From the NCBI RefSeq assembly GCF_020969955.1, contig NZ_JAHDSX010000003.1, forward strand, positions 60,001-92,000: a DNA stretch of 32,000 nucleotides, read 5' to 3'. Position numbers and translations under genes: made by a program. The DNA is from Allobaculum fili (lineage in GTDB: Bacteria; Bacillota_I; Bacilli_A; Erysipelotrichales; Erysipelotrichaceae). Within the stretch, counting starts at the first letter, position 1; each line of letters begins with the position of its first letter. Shown here in pieces: positions 1 through 8,058 of the stretch. The notes beneath the pieces were generated by a model that saw nothing but the letters and a program-made list of their open reading frames with translations, was not told the DNA's origin and searched no databases.

Positions 1-1829
1 AGACGCGAGCTGAACAGGCGGGCGATGTCAAATGCGTTTCGAAACTCATCTTCCACGATCAGATAGCCTTTTTCCATTTCCGGCACCTGCCAGAGATGGC
101 TTTCATAATGCATGCGCTCTTCCAGCTGGTTCTGTTCCAGACGGGTGTGCGTATATTCACAGAAACTTGGGTAATACTGCGAAACGTTCCAGCGAATATC
201 GGCAATCGGCGATTTAGAAGAACTGAACCAGTAAATCTCATCTGCCCCATTCGCCAGACCTTCAAGGGCGATTTCCGTACCGACGCCAAGATAGCGGGAA
301 ATTCCAGGAACAATGCGGTTCTGCATGCCAGGGCCGTCCACATGCCAGATCGCCCGGCAAGTGCCGGCTTCGCTGGCAGGCGGAGCAAGGACTTCAACAA
401 GCGGCTGATGGACGAGATGGCTCAGGGCGTCGACCAGACCGTCCACACTGCGGTCGAGCGCGCAGTAAGTGAGCGGATCGCCCGAAGATTCACAGATTTC
501 CAAAATGTTTCGCAGACCGATCTGACCTGTTCCTAAAAGATTGGAAGGTTCCAGAAGCAGAACGAACTGTACCTCTTTGAGGAAGCCGATATTGTTGTGA
601 ATGAACGTGTGGTTATAAATGTTGTGGAACGTAATGATGCCGACGCTGATGTCGTCGCTTCTTCCCTTCTCACTGAGCTCCTCCGTCATCCACAGCTTTT
701 TCAGGTTGGTCGTTTCCAGAAATCCGTCGGTAATCCATTCCTTGATATCCTGTGCGTCCGTACTTCGGCCGCAGATCACGAGAACCTTTTTATTTTTAAG
801 GAGCGTGGCAATCATCGGAAGCATGAGGTAATACGTGAAGTCTCTATAAAAGGGATTCATTACGACCAGACTTTCACGGTTAAGCAGCTGTCTTGCCGCC
901 TTCTGATAGTCCGGCTGCAGAGGAATTCCGATATCCAGCAGGGAGTTGAAATACGCAGAAGCCAGTTCATCGATTTCTGTGTTTTCGAGAGCATCTTCCT
1001 GATAGAGTCCGGTGACTTTTGCCACCGTTTTTCTTTTCTGATGATCATCGAAGCAAAGCCGGTCTCGGAACATTTTTTTAAGAGACGCACGGATCGTATC
1101 GCATTCCGCGCTGTTTTCTTCTTCGGCCAGAATTTTTCCTTCGTTTTTCTCAGGCTGCCAGCCGTTTAAAAAGGCGAAGCATTCTCCAAGAATCAGGATT
1201 CCGGCAACCGGCGTCATCATTGCGGGAATGTTCGATCCCCCAATGCCGGAATACACATACTGGGTAATGAGATAAATGAAATAGCAGAAGAAGACTGCCG
1301 CCATGATCAGAACCCGCAGATTGTAGTACCGCGGCTTGAGCACGTAGCGTTCCTGCGGATTGGTGTACTGCCGCAGGGCTCTTTCATCTTTCTCGTAAAA
1401 TTCGCCAGAAGTCAGATCAAACAGATAGGCATGGTTTTCCCAGAGGCTGACCAGTTTTCGAAACGTCAGTTTCTTGACGAGCAGCCAGAACAGAGCCAGC
1501 AAAATGTTGGACCAGACAAAGGCCCCCAGACCCGTCAGAATCGTGCCGGCCAGCCAGGCAAAGAACGCATAGAGATAGCGGCCAAGCAGAGGAATCTGGC
1601 CAACTAGATTCGCGATCCAGATCAGAATGTCGTACAGAAACTGAAGAACGGCATCGTTGTTGAACATGCCAAGGCACACAACAAGCAGACAGAGGAACGG
1701 AACAGCGAACTGATAGCAGCGCTTTTTCGGTTTTTCATGAATCAGAAACGGCGTCATGATGAAAAAGAACTGAAAGGCGAACAGAACCCAGAACAGGATA
1801 AAGGAGATAAATGCGTGGATATAATTCAT
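1..1829 (-). CDS. Polytopic membrane protein with a large soluble C-terminal region, function unknown (3' end cut by window edge; absent from supplied ORF track)
   Basis: Manual reverse translation from ATG 1829-1827 gives 609 uninterrupted codons to the window edge (MNYIHAFISFILFWVLFAFQFFFIMTPFLIHEKPKK ... LIVEDEFRNAFDIARLFSSRL). The first ~215 aa hold at least five hydrophobic helices and the rest is soluble. AGGAGGA lies 8 nt upstream, inside the last codons of the upstream gene, whose TAA (1836-1834) is 4 nt from this ATG. The plus-strand ORFs listed here (96..536, 597..1169) are antisense shadows. Confidence 0.75.
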   Translation of the reverse strand, partial: MNYIHAFISFILFWVLFAFQFFFIMTPFLIHEKPKKRCYQFAVPFLCLLVVCLGMFNNDAVLQFLYDILIWIANLVGQIPLLGRYLYAFFAWLAGTILTGLGAFVWSNILLALFWLLVKKLTFRKLVSLWENHAYLFDLTSGEFYEKDERALRQYTNPQERYVLKPRYYNLRVLIMAAVFFCYFIYLITQYVYSGIGGSNIPAMMTPVAGILILGECFAFLNGWQPEKNEGKILAEEENSAECDTIRASLKKMFRDRLCFDDHQKRKTVAKVTGLYQEDALENTEIDELASAYFNSLLDIGIPLQPDYQKAARQLLNRESLVVMNPFYRDFTYYLMLPMIATLLKNKKVLVICGRSTDAQDIKEWITDGFLETTNLKKLWMTEELSEKGRSDDISVGIITFHNIYNHTFIHNNIGFLKEVQFVLLLEPSNLLGTGQIGLRNILEICESSGDPLTYCALDRSVDGLVDALSHLVHQPLVEVLAPPASEAGTCRAIWHVDGPGMQNRIVPGISRYLGVGTEIALEGLANGADEIYWFSSSKSPIADIRWNVSQYYPSFCEYTHTRLEQNQLEERMHYESHLWQVPEMEKGYLIVEDEFRNAFDIARLFSSR

Positions 1830-1833
1830 CGGT

Positions 1834-3813
1834 TTAATCCTCCTGATCCTTCAGGCCGCTTTTTTCTACGACCTTCATTTCATAAGGTTCCAGACGTTTT
1901 TTATCGATGCTCGTCACAAAGGGAAACGGCGAATGAATGACCGTTCCGTCCGGGAACGAGACAAAGACGGGATCTTCCGGTTCTTCCAGCAAATATGCCG
2001 GGTTTCGTTCAGGCGGAATTTCCAGATCGAAAATTACCGTATGCACGATGCGGCTGTTCGAACCTGGCCAGATGTTGAACGCGTTCATCCAGCTTTTTAC
2101 CGTAGCCGCCCGGTTGTCGATGGCCTTGATGTGCGCCAGACACTTCAGCTCCTGATTGGAGCGGCTGTTGTTTTCCTTTTCGAAGCGATAGACAATTCGA
2201 TTTCCCCGGATGGATGCGCAGCAGTTTTTCAAATACTGCGTAATCGCGGGAATTTTGGCTTCGATGGAGTGGAGCGCCTGATCAAGGGTGTAGTTGTATT
2301 CGAAAATGCGAACCCCCAGAATCACCCAGAAAACGACGATCACCGCAATGCAGAAGATCAGCATGCCAATCGATGCCGCATAAACTAAAAACGAGTAATC
2401 CCCCATGGACTGATTGCGCATCAGACAATAGGCGACAAAAGGAATGACGCCTAAGAAACAGGCGCAGATGCACACCGCTGTCGCGGCGAGCGCCTTGAAG
2501 GAATACATGCGGTGGCTCATGTTTTTCTGGACCACTTTATCCCGTTCTTTCAGTTTGATGTGCACCTGTCGGAGCTTCATCATGATCGGCGTATAGCCGG
2601 AAAGGACTTCATGTTCGTAATCGGCTGTCTCCTCCCGTATCGCGGCGATCTGATAGGAGTTGAAGTTCAGCTCCTCTGCCGATTCGAGTTCGACGGCCTG
2701 ATGCGCGTACTGACAGCTGCGTTCGACCGAGCGCTCATACGCACCGATTACTTTTCGAAACGCTCTTCGACTTACGCGGACCTTCTTTTTCCAGGCAGGC
2801 AGTTCGGGTCTTGGCAGATCCCCTGTCGGCCCGGTAAAAAAGCGTGGAATATAAATATCGTCATTCGAAGTGAGGGTGATGTCGACCGGAATCGAACGTT
2901 CGAGATCCGGCGTATCCAGATTTTTCGAGGTGTAGTTCACGGAATGAAGAACATCAATTTCCTGCTGCAGAAAGAAGCGAATATCGTTCATTTTCAGAAG
3001 GTATTCTTCGAAATAGGTCTTCAGAACCTCTTCACTGGCGTTGGCCGACATTTCATACAGGCGATAGGCTTCAAAAGTTCCCGCCGGGAACTCCTCTTCC
3101 GCTAAAAGCAGCACGGTCAGCCAGAAGCGAAACATGGATTCCTGAAACATGGATGTATCCGGTTTGGCCTGCCTGAATGTGAGAAAACGGCAGGCTGCAG
3201 GATAACGGTTTCGCTGCCAGAACAGGGACGCATAAAAATCGCCGATATTTTCGATTTCCGGTTCTTCGTACGAGATGGAATCGGATTCGGACTCAATCAT
3301 CGTGCGAAACAGAAAGATTTCGTTTGGCTTTGGAATCGGCATTTCCGACTGCTCGGAAAGTTTGTCGTACAAAGCCTTTTGCTGATCGAGAAGAATCTGG
3401 TAATCGTCATCGCCCATGCTTTTGCGCCGGGTCGCTTCCAGACTGATGTCGGGAATGCCCCCAAGCATCTGGCTTAAGCGGATCAGGGCGTACTTGCTCT
3501 TATGGACTAAAGGAAACAGATCATCGTTTTCGATGTAGTCAAAAGGATTTCCTTTCTGGGTCGTCTTTTCCCGGTTATCCAGTTCCCAGTGATCCGCCGC
3601 CGTCCCGTCAATCGGGTCGACGACAATCGCGCGCCAGTTCTTAACGCCTTCGAGCTGGGTCTTTAAATCTGGAAGAGCTTCATAAAAGTCTTCACCATTT
3701 TCGTCCCAGAAACAGAAGCAGACTTTTTCTTTTTCAATTGAGTTTTCGAACAGCAGCTTATGCTGGTCAAAGCTTCTCTGCGCCGATCTGGGATAAATAA
3801 TGACAGTCAGCAA
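1834..3813 (-). CDS. Hypothetical 659-aa protein with a C-proximal two-helix membrane hairpin
   Basis: Long ORF with a TTG start at 3813 preceded by AAAGGAGGAG 6 nt upstream. It has a ~440-aa soluble N-terminal part, then two adjacent hydrophobic helices (ALAATAVCICACFLGVIPFVAYCL and FLVYAASIGMLIFCIAVIVVFWVILGV), then a ~140-aa tail. I can assign no motif to a known family. Confidence 0.8.
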   Translation of the reverse strand: MLTVIIYPRSAQRSFDQHKLLFENSIEKEKVCFCFWDENGEDFYEALPDLKTQLEGVKNWRAIVVDPIDGTAADHWELDNREKTTQKGNPFDYIENDDLFPLVHKSKYALIRLSQMLGGIPDISLEATRRKSMGDDDYQILLDQQKALYDKLSEQSEMPIPKPNEIFLFRTMIESESDSISYEEPEIENIGDFYASLFWQRNRYPAACRFLTFRQAKPDTSMFQESMFRFWLTVLLLAEEEFPAGTFEAYRLYEMSANASEEVLKTYFEEYLLKMNDIRFFLQQEIDVLHSVNYTSKNLDTPDLERSIPVDITLTSNDDIYIPRFFTGPTGDLPRPELPAWKKKVRVSRRAFRKVIGAYERSVERSCQYAHQAVELESAEELNFNSYQIAAIREETADYEHEVLSGYTPIMMKLRQVHIKLKERDKVVQKNMSHRMYSFKALAATAVCICACFLGVIPFVAYCLMRNQSMGDYSFLVYAASIGMLIFCIAVIVVFWVILGVRIFEYNYTLDQALHSIEAKIPAITQYLKNCCASIRGNRIVYRFEKENNSRSNQELKCLAHIKAIDNRAATVKSWMNAFNIWPGSNSRIVHTVIFDLEIPPERNPAYLLEEPEDPVFVSFPDGTVIHSPFPFVTSIDKKRLEPYEMKVVEKSGLKDQED

Positions 3814-4117
3814 TGTACACTCCTCCTTTCTTTTTTCAAAAGCAGAAATTCAGTAAAGCAATTACAGTAAGGCAAATCCATCATGGATTCGAAGGAACGG
3901 ATCTAAAGCGGGGAAAAAGCCGACTGGCTTCATCGCAAAATGAAATTTTCATCTTCTTCGTGAATTTCCATCCGCGAAAAATAGATAAAGGATAGAAGAA
4001 CGAGAAGGAAAAGCCGCTGCAGGAAAAAACAGAAGGAAAGAAGAGATTTGGCAGCAGTTCCCCTCTTCTTTCGATCTTTCAATCCTTTGAAACTTTTCGA
4101 ATCATGATCCTATAGGT

Positions 4118-4157
4118 AAATAGCTCCTGCATTGGAAGGGCAGTGCAGGAGCTATTT
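4118..4157. repeat. Perfect 14-bp inverted repeat (AAATAGCTCCTGCA - 12 nt - TGCAGGAGCTATTT) in the spacer downstream of the tubulin-like gene
   Basis: Arms at 4118-4131 and 4144-4157 are exactly complementary. No U-run follows on either strand, so this is not a canonical intrinsic terminator. Confidence 0.8.
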
Positions 4158-4264
4158 CAAACGTTCAGCCAGATCCTGGCTATTCTTTACAGAACCAGAG
4201 AGAAGCCAAAGCGATTTCTTCTGAATCTTTCAGTGAAGTAAAGGATTCGGGAAATTCGAATACT

Positions 4265-7200
4265 TTAAGCGTTCTTTGCTTCTTCGCCGTTCTTTGCTTC
4301 TTCGGCATTTTTTGCCGCCGCATGAATCATTTCCTGATACTTGCGATCGTAGAGCTCTTTCATCGTTGGTTCGTGATGATACTTCAGCTTGTAGAGATAC
4401 TTGTTATCGACGATCTCATCAATGCGGTCGCGAATCAGAGTTACGGATTCATCGTCAAAGCGTTTTGCCGGCTTCGGTACGTTTACGTAATCAGTCATAT
4501 TGTTCAGGAAAAGCTGGAACTGATCGGAAATAATCGAGAAGGCTACCGCGTACATCTCTTCTTCGCCTGTAAACGTGCTGACATAGTTTTCGATCAGAGC
4601 GATCAGGTTATCGATCATGGAAGTGAAGTCGGACAGATAGTAATCGCAGTTCGGCATGCTGTATTTGAGCCAGAAGAGAAGATCGAATACCGATGGTTTC
4701 ATGGGGCTCTTTACAGGGATGAATTCCCGGAGAACGAATTTTGGCTCGTCCTCGCGGACAGCTTCTTCATCGTAGTAATCGCCGAGTGCCTTTTTCTCAT
4801 CCAGCCAGTTGATTCGACGGATCAGGGTAGACTGCGCGAGAGACAGGCTCTTCTTCACCTGCTTTTCCTTTTCCGCTTCCATTTTGCGAAGCATGATGTC
4901 TACCTGCGGCGGGTTGATGCTTAAGGCGTCGAGAACTTCGTAAAGTTCATCGCAGCTTGTGCCGTTTGGAACAATGAAGTCTTCGTTGCTGGAGTTGGAA
5001 GGCTTATAGATTACGTCCATGCCGTCGAGGTGATTGGAATCGACTTTCTGATCCACATCCCCGGTAAGCATTCCCCAGAGGAAAGCCTGGAAGATTCCGT
5101 CTTCGACAATCTTCTGGTTGCGGTCATCCAGATCCGGCATATACTTCGTCAGATGCCAGTGACGGTCCATGTGGGGAGTGATCTCGAAATTCTTCTCTAC
5201 GTTCGGACCCAGTTTCCTGTAAATCCGCATATAGGCTTCGTAGTAGTCTCCGCCTGGCTTTCCATTTTCCGGAGCGCGGAAGCGTTTGAAGTCACCCGGA
5301 TTGAGTGTATATACCGCTTTGTAGACGAGCAGATCGTACTTGGAAATGTTTTTATCCGCAACGCCGCCAAGTTCCTGATTCAAATACTTCTGAACAAAGT
5401 CATGGCGAAGCGGGTCGTCATCCAGCAGAACCGCCGGGTTATAGGCAGCTGCACGAATCACGTGACCTTCCACACCCATCGGCTCTTCGAGGAACATACT
5501 GGCCAGATTGTTGACTTCGGTCAGGGTATCCGCAGCGACCAGTTCTACATCTTCACGGCTGAGCTCATCGGCATGACGTTCAATTTCTACTTCTTTCATC
5601 AGAGCGGAAATGACGTCCATGTCAATGACTTGCGCGAAATGATTCTGAATTTCATCTTTGTAGTATTTGATGATCACATCGCGGAACAGTTTGCCAAAAT
5701 GCGAAGCTGCCGGAGGACGCTTTTCCGTTTTGGAATATTCCAGAATATCCTGGAAAATCAGAGCGGAAAGCTTGCCGGTAATTGATTCCTGCGCATCCGC
5801 TGCCCCGACGATATCGAGAAGTTCTTCCAGGCAGGCTTGACTGGTACATGTATAGCGAATAGCGCTGCCGTCGCGGTTGGCAATCTGCTGAGGAATCAGG
5901 CGTACGCGATTGCTTTCTTTTTCCACAAACGTTGGATACGTTTTATAGAAGTCATCAAAATCGCTGGCCAGCTGAGTAAAGAATTTAATGCCTTCGCCAT
6001 AGACAATCAGTTTTGCCCATGCGCTGGCAAACGTGAAAAATTCGGATTCATCACTGACAAGCGTTTCCGTTTCCTCAATAAATTTCTTGATGATCCGTCT
6101 TGAAATTTTGTTTCGATTTTTCTTGTTGTAGCGATCGTTCGCCGTTTCCACTTTATTTGTCGTAGCGGGATCATCGAACGGATGCAGCATGGATCGTTTG
6201 GCATCATCGTCTTCGCCAAGTTCCTCCTGGGCCGTCGAGTAGGCATAATTGCAGTTGCGAACCATGGCATAAACCATGTAGCGAACGGCGTTTGGATGAA
6301 CGAAGCCTCCGTCTTCCGTCTTCAGATAATGCTGGAAGTAATAGGGTTTCGGATTCTTTCCTCGAGGTGAAGCGCTGAAAACATCCAGGGCAACGTGACG
6401 GCCGGTTTCACGGGAAACGCGCATCAGACTTTGTGCAAGTCGAATGATGGCCCCTTCCAGAGAATTGATCGCGCCTTTATCGACTTTGCCTTTGGAAGCC
6501 TGCAGGCGTGAACGCTGTTTGTTGATCTCAAAAAGGATCTGTTTGATCTCTTCGTTCTCGCGGATTTTCTTTTCCAGATGACTATCCAGAGCATGGACGA
6601 AGGATCGGGACAGTTCTTCCCACTGTGTTCCTTCTCCATATTCATCTTCGTGTTCTTTATGGGTCTGGCGGAAAATCATCTGCTGGAATGTGCCTTTGTC
6701 ATCGGATTTGGAGTCTACATTCTTAAGGTAGAACGTATGCGGGTCTTCAAATTCGACCGAAGGATCCTGCTTTTTCTCCGCTTTCCGTTTATTCAGGTCT
6801 TCTGTATACGCTTTATCGATCGTCAGCCATTCTTCACCAAGCTGTTCAAAGCAGGTCTGTCCGGCGAGATAGTCGAGAATTTCTTCATACGGATATTTCA
6901 GGACCGCAGATCCGGCACCGCAGAAACGATCCCGTCCGCCCGACTGAATGAGCGCCTTAATGGCATTGTCTTCACTGGAGTTGCTTCGACTGGATGCGCC
7001 GCTGATCGCCTGCGCGTAAATCGTATTGGCTGCATACGTCATGTATTCATCGAAGCTGCTGAGCGAAAGATCATCCGCGTTGCGGCGATCGAACAGGAAG
7101 CAGAAATTGAATGGCGATTCGTTGTAGTTCACATCTTTTCCGGACATTGGGTGAGGAACTGAGAACTCAAGATCTTTGTACTTTGTGTTTTCCAGAGCCT

Positions 7201-7858
7201 GGTCGCCTTTGCGCATGAAGGCATCCAGCTCACGGACGGATGCATAGGCATTGGCAAAGATGCTTGCCTTCTCATCCTGGCTCTTTGCGGAAGCGAAAAT
7301 TTCCGGCAGCAGGAAGAAACCGCGAACAACCGATCCGGTTTTGTTAAAGCTGGAGTTGAGAAGATGCTTAATGTACATCGCAATAGGAATTACGATTCCA
7401 GAGCCCGTACCGCCGGCTAAGGAAGACACAATAATGACGCGGATCGCCTGGTTGCCAGCATCGCCGTTGAGCCGGAACAATGTGTCGATCGCATCGTCGA
7501 GCGCACGCAGCTTGCCTTTGCTCATCGCTTCGTCCAGGGCCAGCCGGCTGATCGCACGAACCTGTCCTGCACCTTCTGTCGGTGTCTTGCTGTTCAGAAT
7601 GGTATGAATGGGGAACCAGTCTTCACGGGCGTGTCTGTTGCGCTTGAGATAGTCTTCAATTTTATAAGGTGCCGATGTCTGAATCTGTACGACCGTGGCA
7701 TCTTCTTCTTTTCTGTGTCTCAGATCATTCCGGTCTGTATCAATGCAGACAAACTGCAGGCGGTTTCTGTCTTTCAATGACTTCGCCATCTTCGAAAGCT
7801 TCGTGCAGATCGTACTGCCCGCGCCGCCAAGTCCAATAATTACTGTTGGAGCAGTCAT
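4265..7858 (-). CDS. Giant (1197 aa) tubulin/FtsZ-superfamily GTPase-like protein (Tubulin_2 / FtsZ-like type) with a long unassigned helical C-terminal extension
   Basis: The N-terminus carries the tubulin/FtsZ nucleotide-binding loops in order. T1 is VIIGLGGAGS (nt 7814-7834), T3 is TEGAGQVRAISRLAL (aa 94-108), and the T4 signature is SSLAGGTGSGI (AGGTGSG = nt 7397-7417). These are followed by FANAYASVRELD, reminiscent of tubulin YNATLS..L.E. A strong RBS (AAAAGGAGGAAATGGA) precedes the ATG. There is no signal peptide or TM helix. Confidence 0.85.
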   Translation of the reverse strand: MTAPTVIIGLGGAGSTICTKLSKMAKSLKDRNRLQFVCIDTDRNDLRHRKEEDATVVQIQTSAPYKIEDYLKRNRHAREDWFPIHTILNSKTPTEGAGQVRAISRLALDEAMSKGKLRALDDAIDTLFRLNGDAGNQAIRVIIVSSLAGGTGSGIVIPIAMYIKHLLNSSFNKTGSVVRGFFLLPEIFASAKSQDEKASIFANAYASVRELDAFMRKGDQALENTKYKDLEFSVPHPMSGKDVNYNESPFNFCFLFDRRNADDLSLSSFDEYMTYAANTIYAQAISGASSRSNSSEDNAIKALIQSGGRDRFCGAGSAVLKYPYEEILDYLAGQTCFEQLGEEWLTIDKAYTEDLNKRKAEKKQDPSVEFEDPHTFYLKNVDSKSDDKGTFQQMIFRQTHKEHEDEYGEGTQWEELSRSFVHALDSHLEKKIRENEEIKQILFEINKQRSRLQASKGKVDKGAINSLEGAIIRLAQSLMRVSRETGRHVALDVFSASPRGKNPKPYYFQHYLKTEDGGFVHPNAVRYMVYAMVRNCNYAYSTAQEELGEDDDAKRSMLHPFDDPATTNKVETANDRYNKKNRNKISRRIIKKFIEETETLVSDESEFFTFASAWAKLIVYGEGIKFFTQLASDFDDFYKTYPTFVEKESNRVRLIPQQIANRDGSAIRYTCTSQACLEELLDIVGAADAQESITGKLSALIFQDILEYSKTEKRPPAASHFGKLFRDVIIKYYKDEIQNHFAQVIDMDVISALMKEVEIERHADELSREDVELVAADTLTEVNNLASMFLEEPMGVEGHVIRAAAYNPAVLLDDDPLRHDFVQKYLNQELGGVADKNISKYDLLVYKAVYTLNPGDFKRFRAPENGKPGGDYYEAYMRIYRKLGPNVEKNFEITPHMDRHWHLTKYMPDLDDRNQKIVEDGIFQAFLWGMLTGDVDQKVDSNHLDGMDVIYKPSNSSNEDFIVPNGTSCDELYEVLDALSINPPQVDIMLRKMEAEKEKQVKKSLSLAQSTLIRRINWLDEKKALGDYYDEEAVREDEPKFVLREFIPVKSPMKPSVFDLLFWLKYSMPNCDYYLSDFTSMIDNLIALIENYVSTFTGEEEMYAVAFSIISDQFQLFLNNMTDYVNVPKPAKRFDDESVTLIRDRIDEIVDNKYLYKLKYHHEPTMKELYDRKYQEMIHAAAKNAEEAKNGEEAKNA

Positions 7859-8058
7859 TCCATTTCCTCCTTTTTTCTTTTTCTCTTTGTAGTGCTGATT
7901 TTTATTTCTGACTGGCCAGGCCAGCCTGTGAAACCAATAGCGAAAATGCCCGTTCGTCTCAAGTCCGCTTCCGTTAATTTCCCTTAGAACATACGGCTTT
8001 ACACAAGGCCTTCTGGATCCTGGACGGGCGGGTTTAAACCTTGTGAAGCCATTCCGGA

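Noticed and set aside
545-800. Possible SF2-helicase-like motif spacing in the polytopic protein (KKVLVICGRSTDAQD ... ITFHNIY ... FVLLLEPSN resembling motifs Ia / Ib / II)
   Set aside because: No Walker A (GxGKT/S) precedes it, and motif II would lack the Asp. The resemblance is too weak to call without a profile search.
96-1169. Plus-strand ORFs of 146 and 190 aa (96..536, 597..1169) offered by the ORF track
   Set aside because: They lie antisense to a 609-codon uninterrupted minus-strand frame that has an RBS and is coupled to the upstream gene. Their sequences are low-complexity and shadow-like, and they have no RBS.
5030-7162. Plus-strand ORFs of 251 and 194 aa inside the tubulin-like gene
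   Set aside because: They are antisense shadows of a 1197-aa ORF with clear family motifs, and they have no RBS.
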